From Solirubrobacterales bacterium (GTDB lineage Bacteria > Actinomycetota > Thermoleophilia > Solirubrobacterales > Solirubrobacteraceae), in assembly GCA_947474595.1 (NCBI GenBank), contig CANJIV010000004.1:148732-212731 (forward strand): a stretch of 64,000 nt of DNA. Reading direction: 5' to 3'. How positions within the stretch are numbered: position 1 is the first letter of the stretch; every line of letters starts with the position of its first letter. Shown here in pieces: positions 47,977 to 56,074 of the stretch. Both the position numbers and the translations under genes were made by a program. Under the pieces are notes generated by a model. That model was not told where the DNA came from, did no database searches, and was given only the letters and a program-made list of their open reading frames with translations.

Positions 47977-48948
47977 TCAGGCTTGGACCGGAGCATCGCG
48001 GACGTTCTTGCGACGATTAGGCTCAGGAGCGGTGATCGTGTTACGCAGGATTCCGATGCCGTCAACCTCTAGCTCGACGACGTCGCCGACCTGAAGCCAG
48101 CGATCAAGTTCAAGGCCGCAGCCCCGGGCGATTGTGCCGCTAGCAATCACGTCTCCTGGCTGAAGGATCTGCTCCGCCGAGAGGTGGGCGATAACTTCAG
48201 GGAAGCTAAAGCGCATCGCACCGAGCGTGCCGTCTGACCACACTTCACCGTTGATACGGGCGACCATTCTAGTTGAGATCGGGTCGAGTTCATCGGGCGT
48301 AGCGAGGCAGGGACCAATCGATGTAGCGAAGTCTTTGCCGAGCCCGGGGCCGAGCCCTACCTTGAGCTCACGCATCTGGATATCACGAGCGCTCCAGTCG
48401 TTGAAAATCGTGTATCCAGCGATGCACTCCTGAGCCTCTTCGACCGAAACGGCGTCGACCGTGCGCCCGATTACAGCCGCAAGTTCTAGCTCGAAGTCGA
48501 GCTTCTGCGTGTAGCAAGGCCAACGAATAGGATCCTCGGGGCCGAAGACAGTATCGGCGTTAACCTTCCAGTAGACAGGGATTTCATACCACTCGGCTGG
48601 TACCTCTTTGAAGGAGCCGCGAACGTGCTCCTCGACCAGCATAAAGTCGCGGATTGAGTTTGGGCGAGGCAGTGGCGAGCAGATCCGAACATCGCCCGCA
48701 GCAGCTGTCGCCACTGCGGCCTCAAGGCCGTGGCTGAGGGCGCGCTCGGCGCTCTTGATCGCGGGTGCTCCTTGGCGCAGAAACTCGATCATGTCATCGG
48801 GCATGGCCGTAGGCGATTGTCCTTTGCCCTCCTTCTCTTGCAGGTCTATCGAGGCACGGCGCAGATCTACGATCAGCGATCCATCAGAGCTCAGGGCACC
48901 GATGGTCGTCGTCTCGCTACCAGCGGGGAAAAAGGTGACTAAGCGCAC
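47977..48948 (-). CDS. fumarylacetoacetate hydrolase (FAH) family protein
   Basis: 323 aa. FAH domain with ELELAAVIG and GDVIASGT. Confidence 0.8.
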   Translation of the reverse strand: MRLVTFFPAGSETTTIGALSSDGSLIVDLRRASIDLQEKEGKGQSPTAMPDDMIEFLRQGAPAIKSAERALSHGLEAAVATAAAGDVRICSPLPRPNSIRDFMLVEEHVRGSFKEVPAEWYEIPVYWKVNADTVFGPEDPIRWPCYTQKLDFELELAAVIGRTVDAVSVEEAQECIAGYTIFNDWSARDIQMRELKVGLGPGLGKDFATSIGPCLATPDELDPISTRMVARINGEVWSDGTLGAMRFSFPEVIAHLSAEQILQPGDVIASGTIARGCGLELDRWLQVGDVVELEVDGIGILRNTITAPEPNRRKNVRDAPVQA

Positions 48949-48999
48949 TGCGGATCCAATCGTAGTTGTGGCAGGAATTGAAGATCGTATTCGTTGCTG

Positions 49000-49030
49000 G
49001 CATACAATATGTTGTGAGCAGGAATGTCAA
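49000..49030 (-). promoter_or_regulatory. predicted promoter region of the FAH-SDR operon with -35 TTGACA and a third copy of ATTGTATGC over the -10 region
   Basis: The minus-strand sequence reads gcTTGACAttcctgctcacaacatATTGTATGCc. GCATACAAT (49000-49008) is identical to 46295-46303. Confidence 0.4.
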
Positions 49031-49046
49031 GCGCAAGCCCCACCCG

Positions 49047-50330
49047 ATGAGCACTTCGGTGCACGCTAAGGCGCCACCACGGGCTGGCGGCGGCGACAGC
49101 CCGCCTGACGCGGCCGCGACGAGTCAGCTGACGGGACCCGGCCGTATTGATCGGCCGGCCATTACCGGACTGTTTTTTGGCCACATGGCCGCCGACTTTA
49201 TCCAAGGAGCCGTACCAGCGTTAATCGTCTTCTTCCAGCCGATGTTTGGCCTCTCCTACCTAGAAGCAGCGGCAATTGTGCTCGCGGCGACCGTCAGTTC
49301 GTCGCTGGCACAGCCGTTATTTGGCCTCTGGTCAGACCGCCGTGAAGCGCTCTGGTTGCTGCCTGTCGGGCTCGTTGTAGGCGGCGTTGGACTTTCACTT
49401 GCGATTATTGCGCCGACGTTTCCGCTCCTACTTCTGGCCGTTTTCGTATCAGCGACTGGCGTCGGAGCATTCCACCCCGAGGCAGCCAAATACGCAGGGT
49501 ATGCTGGTGCTGGGCAGATCGGGCGCAGCGTCAGTGTCTTCTCTCTCGGCGGCAATATTGGCCTAGCGCTGGGGCCGATAGCAGCATCGATTTTGGTCCT
49601 TGGCTTCGGTCTCGATTCAGCGATCCTCTTAGGCGTGCCGCCGCTGGTTATCGCCTTTATCCTCCACCGTCAACGTCACCACTTTGCAACCCTAAGGCCG
49701 GCTCCCCGCAGTGCGGGCTCCGCTCGTCCAGCGACCCAGAACGGAGCTCTCATCCTGCTGCTTGCGGTAGTCGCCCTGCGGAGCCTTGCGTTTTACGGAC
49801 TCTTCACTTTCGTTCCCTTGTGGGAAATCAGTCTCGGTAGGAGTGCCGACTATGCGACGCTGTTGCTGTCGCTGATCCTCACTGCAGGAGCTTTTGGGAC
49901 AATTATCTGCGGCTACTTCGCCGACCGTATCGGCGGCCAGCGCGTGCTGCTATTTGCACTAGCCGCAACGGGCCCGTTGATCGCCGTCTACGTCTTAGCC
50001 GGCGGAGTTCTCGGCGCGGCTGCGGTAATCCTTGCGGGCGCGATGACTGTCGGTACCTTCACCATCACAACCTCATTGAGCCAGCAGTACATGCCAGGTC
50101 GCGTCGCTATGGCCGCGGGACTTTCAATGGGCTTCTCGATCGGGCTTGGAGGCGTAGCGGCAATTGCTCTCGGCAGCGTTGCCGACACCTTCAGCCTGTA
50201 CTCGGCACTAATCGTCGTAGCTGTTGGCGCCGTGCTGGCGGCAGTACTGGCCGTGGCTCTTCCTGCCGCCCGCAGTATCACCAACCCGCGTCACCCGGAC
50301 GTGTCGTCGCCGCTGCCCGAAGTGTCGTAG
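49047..50330 (+). CDS. MFS transporter
   Basis: Start trimmed to the ATG at 49047 (MSTSVH). About 12 hydrophobic helices. The 3' end overlaps the convergent regulator by 40 bp. Confidence 0.75.
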   Translation: MSTSVHAKAPPRAGGGDSPPDAAATSQLTGPGRIDRPAITGLFFGHMAADFIQGAVPALIVFFQPMFGLSYLEAAAIVLAATVSSSLAQPLFGLWSDRREALWLLPVGLVVGGVGLSLAIIAPTFPLLLLAVFVSATGVGAFHPEAAKYAGYAGAGQIGRSVSVFSLGGNIGLALGPIAASILVLGFGLDSAILLGVPPLVIAFILHRQRHHFATLRPAPRSAGSARPATQNGALILLLAVVALRSLAFYGLFTFVPLWEISLGRSADYATLLLSLILTAGAFGTIICGYFADRIGGQRVLLFALAATGPLIAVYVLAGGVLGAAAVILAGAMTVGTFTITTSLSQQYMPGRVAMAAGLSMGFSIGLGGVAAIALGSVADTFSLYSALIVVAVGAVLAAVLAVALPAARSITNPRHPDVSSPLPEVS

Positions 50331-50905
50331 TCGTGGAGGATCACAGTGACCGCGTGCGCAGCCTCTTGCGTGTTGTTGCAGTAGCGATGTGGCATTGAGG
50401 ATGGGAATTGGATGCTGTCGCCAGCATTTAGCTCAAAGCTCTCAAAACCAACGTCAATCACAATTTGGCCACTAAGCATTAGGACCATCTCTGTGCCGGG
50501 GTGGCGGTATGGATTGGCGTTTGACTGTGCTCCGGGAGCGTAGACAAGCTCAAGAAACTCAGCGTAGGGAAGCGTCTCAGGAGTCAGTCGCTCCCAGCGC
50601 ACACCACCCTCGATATCAAGGGCCTCGCGGCCGTCGGCTCTGACAACGTAACGACTGCCGGAGCCGTCGCTATCGCTGGGAACGGTGCTAGCGCTCGCTG
50701 AACCTAGGCCCTTCTGGTGATTGACGAGGCCCTGAGAGTCGCGCTGCGCTGCAGCACTGCGATCGAAGAGAGCGTCAACGGCCACCCCAAGCGCCTCAGC
50801 AATCGAGAACAGCGTCGCGACAGATGGACGCGACTGCCCTCGCTCTATCTGACTTATGAGGCTGGGCGTAACGCCCGTTGCGCGGGCAAGTTCAGTAACC
50901 CGCAT
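50291..50905 (-). CDS. XRE-family HTH plus cupin domain transcriptional regulator (N-terminus probably extends upstream; see findings)
   Basis: HTH region ELARATGVTPSLISQIERGQSRPS and a C-terminal cupin (HPGTEMVLMLSG...GDSIQFPSSMPHRY). Confidence 0.75.
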   Translation of the reverse strand: MRVTELARATGVTPSLISQIERGQSRPSVATLFSIAEALGVAVDALFDRSAAAQRDSQGLVNHQKGLGSASASTVPSDSDGSGSRYVVRADGREALDIEGGVRWERLTPETLPYAEFLELVYAPGAQSNANPYRHPGTEMVLMLSGQIVIDVGFESFELNAGDSIQFPSSMPHRYCNNTQEAAHAVTVILHDYDTSGSGDDTSG

Positions 50906-51103
50906 TCCACGGGCGCTGCGTATTGCTGCGAGATTTGCACCGATGCCGTCGGCAGCAGACTGGCCTTCTTGCTTAGTGGACTGCGCCGTTTGACCGCCGT
51001 CCGGATCAGATCCACTAGGAAGCGTGGTGATTTTTTGGTCGTGTTTAGCGATTTTTGATCCTAAATTCTGCGTCTGCGCCTAGATGAAGAGTTGACAACT
51101 CCC

Positions 51104-52288
51104 TCATCCCCAGATCCGCTTTGAGGCCAGCGCTGCACCCTCGGTAAGGCATTTGAGCTTCGCCCAGCCAACGTCCTTGGCGATAAATTCATAGCTTGCA
51201 AAAGTCCCCATCCCACAGTCGGTGCCTGCTATGACCCTACTCGGATCTCCGACCGCTTGAGCCACTGCTTGGATGCGGTTAGCCACAACCTCGGGGTGCT
51301 CGAGATAGTTGGTCGTGACGTCTATCACGCCGGGAATAAGCAGCATCCCTTGCGGGAGCGGGTTGTCGCGAAAGGCGACACTCTCGTGCTCGTGGCGGGG
51401 GTTGCCCAGAGGGATGCTCAGCGCGCCCACGTTGGCCTGATAGAGAATTGGTAATAGCTCAGAGACGGGAACATCGTCCTGGTGAGGTCCCTGCCAGTTG
51501 CCATAGCAGACATGTAGTCGCACACGCTCTGCTGGCACATCAGCGAGCGCTAGGTTCATCGCGTCGATATTGATCTGGACACGTTCGAGGAAGTCGGCTA
51601 CCGAGTGGTCGCCGTACATAATTACCCGCTCCATCGCAAGATCGGGCGCATCTAACTGAAGAATGTGTCCTTGGGAGACTATGTAGTCGTACTCCTTCTT
51701 CATCTGCTCAGCAACCCCAAAAACGTACTCACGATCATTGCGGTACGCCTGATTGCTGGGATCGAGCAGCATCGTCGTAGTAATGACACCGGGCGAAGCT
51801 GCCGAGACGAACGACTCCGTAAACTCACCTTCACGCTTTTTTAGCGCTAGGTCAAAGGCTGCGACGTCAGTACGGATGCCGTCAAGGGAGTCCTCGTAAT
51901 GGATAGCCTCCTGGGCGAGAGCCGTATCCCATACCTTTGCGAGGTCTTCGGCAACGCCGATCTGCCGTGCGGCGAAGTCCGCGTAGTCAGGAAACTTCTG
52001 AGTGTCGAGCGGCGTCTTTCGCATCCCCTGACCGCCGAATCCGGTCATACGTTCGGTCACGTAAGTTGAGAACCCTACCTTGGGCACTTCACCATCGTTA
52101 ATGATGTCCAGGCCAGCATCGATCTGCTTGTCGATTACGAGGTGTAGTGCCCGATCGAGCTCACGGTCAAGGTCGGCTTGGTCGAAGGGCTTCTTCTTTT
52201 CGCGCGCCACCAAGAGCGAGGAAAGCTCGGTCGTCCTGGGCAAACTCCCCGTGTGTGTGGTCAGGATGCGATCTACGCTGGCTCTCAC
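51104..52288 (-). CDS. cobalamin-independent methionine synthase (MetE) C-terminal-domain-like family protein
   Basis: 394 aa. GTG start preceded by GAGGAG. ILTTHTGSLPR N-terminus and the UROD/MetE-like barrel with His/Cys/Glu ligand region (HVCYGN, TDCGMG). Confidence 0.7.
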   Translation of the reverse strand: MRASVDRILTTHTGSLPRTTELSSLLVAREKKKPFDQADLDRELDRALHLVIDKQIDAGLDIINDGEVPKVGFSTYVTERMTGFGGQGMRKTPLDTQKFPDYADFAARQIGVAEDLAKVWDTALAQEAIHYEDSLDGIRTDVAAFDLALKKREGEFTESFVSAASPGVITTTMLLDPSNQAYRNDREYVFGVAEQMKKEYDYIVSQGHILQLDAPDLAMERVIMYGDHSVADFLERVQINIDAMNLALADVPAERVRLHVCYGNWQGPHQDDVPVSELLPILYQANVGALSIPLGNPRHEHESVAFRDNPLPQGMLLIPGVIDVTTNYLEHPEVVANRIQAVAQAVGDPSRVIAGTDCGMGTFASYEFIAKDVGWAKLKCLTEGAALASKRIWG

Positions 52289-52347
52289 GTTGCTCTCCTC
52301 GATGCGATTTCGACGTATCCCTATCAGGTACGCCCACAGTGGCTTCT

Positions 52348-52385
52348 TTAGCGCTACTAATAGACACTATTCGATTAGCGCTACT
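52348..52385. promoter_or_regulatory. two direct copies of TTAGCGCTACTA, 27 bp apart, upstream of the MetE-like/XRE operon (candidate operator pair)
   Basis: Exact 12-mers at 52348-52359 and 52375-52386. The core TAGCGCTA is self-complementary. Confidence 0.5.
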
Positions 52386-52450
52386 ACTTCCCAGAGACCC
52401 CTACTGATGTGCCCCAGAGTCAGGCCCCAAAGTTCGCCGACGCAACGCGC

Positions 52451-52822
52451 TCAGTCCAATGCGCGCACGAGACGTACGCCGACCAAGGCTGCGGCTCCAG
52501 CGATCACGGCTGTGGCGAGGCGTCCGCGCATCGGAATATCCGGTTCGGCGGCGGTAGCTATGAGGTCTACGGTGTCGCAGATAACTCCTAAAGCAAGCCA
52601 GCGCTTGACCGGGTCGTCTTGGCGCAGACCGGCCATAACTCCGGCCCCGAGGGCGAGATCGCGTACGCCTAGGGCTCGGGCTAGAACTCGCGTGCCGGGA
52701 CGGTCGCCGTCGGGCCCTACCCAGCGGCCGCCGATCACCTGCGGGAGTGCGAGTAGGCCGACGCCAACGCCGATGCGACCAGCGGCCAAGAGCTTGGCGA
52801 TGGTTCGTTCATCGAGCGTCAT
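52451..52822 (-). CDS. small hydrophobic protein of unknown function
   Basis: 123 aa with about four Gly/Ala-rich hydrophobic segments. Its start overlaps the stop of the upstream ABC ATPase by 1 nt. Confidence 0.4.
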   Translation of the reverse strand: MTLDERTIAKLLAAGRIGVGVGLLALPQVIGGRWVGPDGDRPGTRVLARALGVRDLALGAGVMAGLRQDDPVKRWLALGVICDTVDLIATAAEPDIPMRGRLATAVIAGAAALVGVRLVRALD

Positions 52823-53601
52823 CAGGGCGCCAGCGTCTTTAGCGTGTCGAGGATCTGGTCGGTGTCTAGGTGTTGCTCGTCCCTGACGATCTCGCCGTCT
52901 GCGAGGAAGAGGACGCGGTCGGCGATCGCAGCAGCCTGGGCTTCATGAGTAACCATGACCACGGTCTGTCCGAACTCATCGACTGCTCGGCGCAGCAGAT
53001 TGAGGACCTCCTGAGAGGCCCGTGAATCCAAGTTCCCGGTTGGCTCGTCTGCGAATACGACGGCGGGGCGCGACAGCAGCGACCTCGCGACCGCTACGCG
53101 CTGTTGCTGGCCGCCGGAGAGTTCTGCGGGCCGGTGCGTGCGTCGATCGGCTAGGTCGACTGCGTCGATCAGCTTCGCCAGCCACTCACGGTCAGGCTTA
53201 ATCCCGGCGATCGAGAGTGGCAGGGTGATGTTCTCCTCCGCCGTCAGCACGGGCAGCAGATTAAAGGACTGGAAGATGAAGCCGATCTTGTCGCGGCGCA
53301 GGCGTGTCAGCGCGGAATCAGAGAGCTCATCAATCCGCGTGCCGTCGATTGCGACGCTGCCAGCAGTCGGCGTATCGAGGCCAGCGAGGATGTGCATCAG
53401 CGTCGATTTACCCGACCCCGACGGACCCATAATCGCCGTGAAGGTGCCGGGAGCAAACTTGACCGACACTCCACGCAGCGCGTGGATCGCTGCGTCGCCT
53501 CTGCCATAAGTCTTCGTGACGCCCTCGCCGCTGACGACGGGGGTTACGGCCGCGCCACCGGCAGTGCCAGCGGGGCCCGAGATAGCGCCGTGGTCAGGCA
53601 C
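52822..53601 (-). CDS. ABC transporter ATP-binding protein (MacB/LolD/FtsE-like)
   Basis: 259 aa. GPSGSGKST, LSGGQQQRVAVAR and FADEPTGNLD. The N-terminal start is uncertain. Confidence 0.85.
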   Translation of the reverse strand: MPDHGAISGPAGTAGGAAVTPVVSGEGVTKTYGRGDAAIHALRGVSVKFAPGTFTAIMGPSGSGKSTLMHILAGLDTPTAGSVAIDGTRIDELSDSALTRLRRDKIGFIFQSFNLLPVLTAEENITLPLSIAGIKPDREWLAKLIDAVDLADRRTHRPAELSGGQQQRVAVARSLLSRPAVVFADEPTGNLDSRASQEVLNLLRRAVDEFGQTVVMVTHEAQAAAIADRVLFLADGEIVRDEQHLDTDQILDTLKTLAP

Positions 53602-53764
53602 TCTGGCAATCGACTTGCTCGACGACCGAGGATGAAAAGCGGAGTTCTTTTGCTGCCATCACCCACAAGGTTAGCGACCTCATTGAGCGCATGGGCAGCT
53701 CGCGGGTTGGCAACGATCGCACCGGAGATACGCCCGCGGCCCTCCGTCGCTAGCATCGCGGTAA

Positions 53765-53837
53765 GGCGAGATAGCTCAGCTGGTAGAGCACACGACTGAA
53801 AATCGTGGTGTCCCGGGTTCGAGTCCCGGTCTCGCCA
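53765..53837 (+). tRNA. tRNA-Phe (anticodon GAA)
   Basis: Folded by hand. Acceptor GGCGAGA/TCTCGCC, D stem GCTC/GAGC, anticodon stem CACGA/TCGTG with loop CTGAAAA, and T arm CCGGG-TTCGAGT-CCCGG. Discriminator A; no encoded CCA. Confidence 0.95.
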
Positions 53838-53918
53838 TTAAGAATTCGTAGGCCAGTAGATCGACAACCTTGGCAGGAGCCGACGCAGGTGGCGGCCTAA
53901 AATTGCCACCCGCTCGGC

Positions 53919-56000
53919 CTAAAACCTAAATGTCCGATCGTTAGTCGTGCCGACGACGCTGCCCTTCTTCGGGGTGATCGATACCAGCCAGGTGCCTCTG
54001 GTCAGCGTGATCGTGCAGCGCTCCTTCTTGGCTCTGTTGATTGTGGTGCTCTTGCAGAGGCCTCTGCGAGTCGCCTTGGGGCCCTTGGCAGTGATCGCAT
54101 AGGAGACGCCGCTTACAGGAGTGACCGTTGCGTTCACCGAGGCGGTCTTCTGGATCGATGACCAGGTCACTGTTGGCCGTGTCGGCTTGGGGATCTTGGT
54201 AAATATGGCGCCGACCAAATGGGCTTGACTCATCTTGACCTTGCAGGCGCCGCTTGCGCTACAGGCGCCGCTCCAGCGAGTGAATGTCGAGTCCGAGCTT
54301 GCTTTGGCGGTTAGGGCTACGGTCGTGTCGGCGGCGAACCCTTGCCTGCAGTCACGGCCACAGTTGATGCCGGCAGGCGAGGAGACGACTGTGCCGGTGC
54401 CGCTGCCACCCTTAATGATTGAGAGGTAGTTGGGTTTGGGCAGCGCGGCGAAGTGAGCGACCACGAAGACCGTCTGACTCATCAAGACCGTGCAGGCTGG
54501 GCCGAGGCTACAGCTGGCGCCGACAGTTGATGACGATGTCCACCCCGTGAATCGTGAATCGTTAGCGGGTGTAGCTGCGAGTGTCACCGCAGTGCCAGCT
54601 GAGAAGTTCTGCTGACAGTCGGCGCCGCAGTTGATCCCGCCCGGGGCAGAGTTGACAGTTCCCTCGCCACTGCCGCTTCTACTGACCGAGAGGGCTCTGG
54701 GATTAGCCAAAACAGTCACTGCGTTGCTGATCGCGGCGGTCTGATTGAACATCGGCCAGTAGGTCGGATTGGCAAGGCAGCTCAGCTCACGGTCGATCTG
54801 AGCCGCGGTCGGCGCGTAAGTGACCGAAGTCGCCCCAGTTATCGGTGATCCGTCCAGGAGCCACTGGTAGGCCAGCGAAGCGATTGTCCACGTCGGTCCG
54901 CTTACTCGTGGCAACGCAAGACACGAGCTCGGTAGCCCGACCTGACCGCTGCCAGCCAGCGTAGCGGTCAGCGGTGGGCCTACCCCACTTGTGATCTTGG
55001 AGACGGCGTTGGCGTCGGTATCAGTGAACCAGAGGCTTCCATCTGGTCCGACTGTGATCTGGTCCGGTCCTTGGGAGCCAGGGATTGTTCGTGCGCTGAA
55101 CTCGGTGACCGTGCCGGCTGGAGTTATGCGTCCAATCTTGGCACCGCTTGACTCGGTAAACCAGAGGTTCGCGTCGGGACCTGTCGTTATCCCTTCCAGA
55201 AAGGCCGCTGGCGAGATCCCAAAGCTGAACTCTGACACTAGGCCGGACTGGGTGATCCGGCCGATCTTGTTGCCGCCGGATTCGGTGAACCAGAGGTTGG
55301 CATCGGGCCCGGTAGTGATTGAAAAGGGGATAGCGCCAGCAGTGATACCGGCGGCGTAGAGGGTGACGGCGCCGCTGGGCGTAATCCGGCCGATCTGATC
55401 GCTAGAAAGAGCGAACCAGAGGTTGCCGTCTGGTCCGGCTGTGATCTGTTGGGGAGCGTCCCCCGGGGCGACGCTGAACTCGCTGACCACCCCGTCGGGG
55501 GTTATCCGCGCAACCTTATCGATGGCAGTTTCGGTGAACCAGAGGTTCCCGTCGGGGCCCGTCGTAATCCCGAACGGATAAGCGCCAGGCGTGATACCCG
55601 CGCTGAACTCGGTGACGGTTCCGCGCGGCGTGATCCGCGCGACCCTCCCGAGCCCAGATTCAGTGAACCAGAGATTTGCGTCGGGGCCAGCAGTAATCAT
55701 CGTGGGAGCGGCGCCTGAAGTTATCCCTGCGCTGAACTCAGTAATTGACCCCGCTGGCGTTATCCGACCGATTCGATCGAGACCGCCTTCGCTAAACCAG
55801 AGGTTGCCGTCTGGACCGGCTGTGATTCCATCCGGGTAAGCGTTTGCGCTGATCCCTGCGCTGTACTTGGTCACAACGCCAGCAACTGATGCTGCGGCTC
55901 GGGACGCTTGGGTTGCCAGCAGGGCCAACGCGCAGAGGGTGACAGCAGCCAAGATCGACAGCCGTTGGGCGCGCGTCCCAGCAAAGTTATCTGTCGCCAT
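53919..56000 (-). CDS. secreted protein: 7-blade Vgb-like beta-propeller plus two Cys-containing repeat domains
   Basis: 693 aa with a signal peptide. Seven repeats of GPD(G/A)(N/S)LWF(T/S/A)(E/D/L), each followed by (I/V)(G/A/S)(R/K)IT, at ~42-aa spacing. These are followed by two paralogous segments, GSG.GTV.S.P.GINCG.DC...F.....V.L.A, and a basic C-terminal domain. Confidence 0.65.
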   Translation of the reverse strand: MATDNFAGTRAQRLSILAAVTLCALALLATQASRAAASVAGVVTKYSAGISANAYPDGITAGPDGNLWFSEGGLDRIGRITPAGSITEFSAGITSGAAPTMITAGPDANLWFTESGLGRVARITPRGTVTEFSAGITPGAYPFGITTGPDGNLWFTETAIDKVARITPDGVVSEFSVAPGDAPQQITAGPDGNLWFALSSDQIGRITPSGAVTLYAAGITAGAIPFSITTGPDANLWFTESGGNKIGRITQSGLVSEFSFGISPAAFLEGITTGPDANLWFTESSGAKIGRITPAGTVTEFSARTIPGSQGPDQITVGPDGSLWFTDTDANAVSKITSGVGPPLTATLAGSGQVGLPSSCLALPRVSGPTWTIASLAYQWLLDGSPITGATSVTYAPTAAQIDRELSCLANPTYWPMFNQTAAISNAVTVLANPRALSVSRSGSGEGTVNSAPGGINCGADCQQNFSAGTAVTLAATPANDSRFTGWTSSSTVGASCSLGPACTVLMSQTVFVVAHFAALPKPNYLSIIKGGSGTGTVVSSPAGINCGRDCRQGFAADTTVALTAKASSDSTFTRWSGACSASGACKVKMSQAHLVGAIFTKIPKPTRPTVTWSSIQKTASVNATVTPVSGVSYAITAKGPKATRRGLCKSTTINRAKKERCTITLTRGTWLVSITPKKGSVVGTTNDRTFRF

Positions 56001-56074
56001 CAGGCGACGCTACACGACCAGCGCATGCTTCACACGGCCTTGGCAGATCATCTCGCTGTCAGCGAGACCGCCAG

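Noticed and set aside
52289-52450. Possible cobalamin riboswitch upstream of the MetE-like gene (the sense strand contains GCCACTG, the B12-box core).
   Set aside because: The leader is only ~160 nt and lacks the other conserved cobalamin-riboswitch blocks I would expect. It is instead dominated by the duplicated TTAGCGCTACTA word. A covariance-model scan (Rfam RF00174) would settle it.
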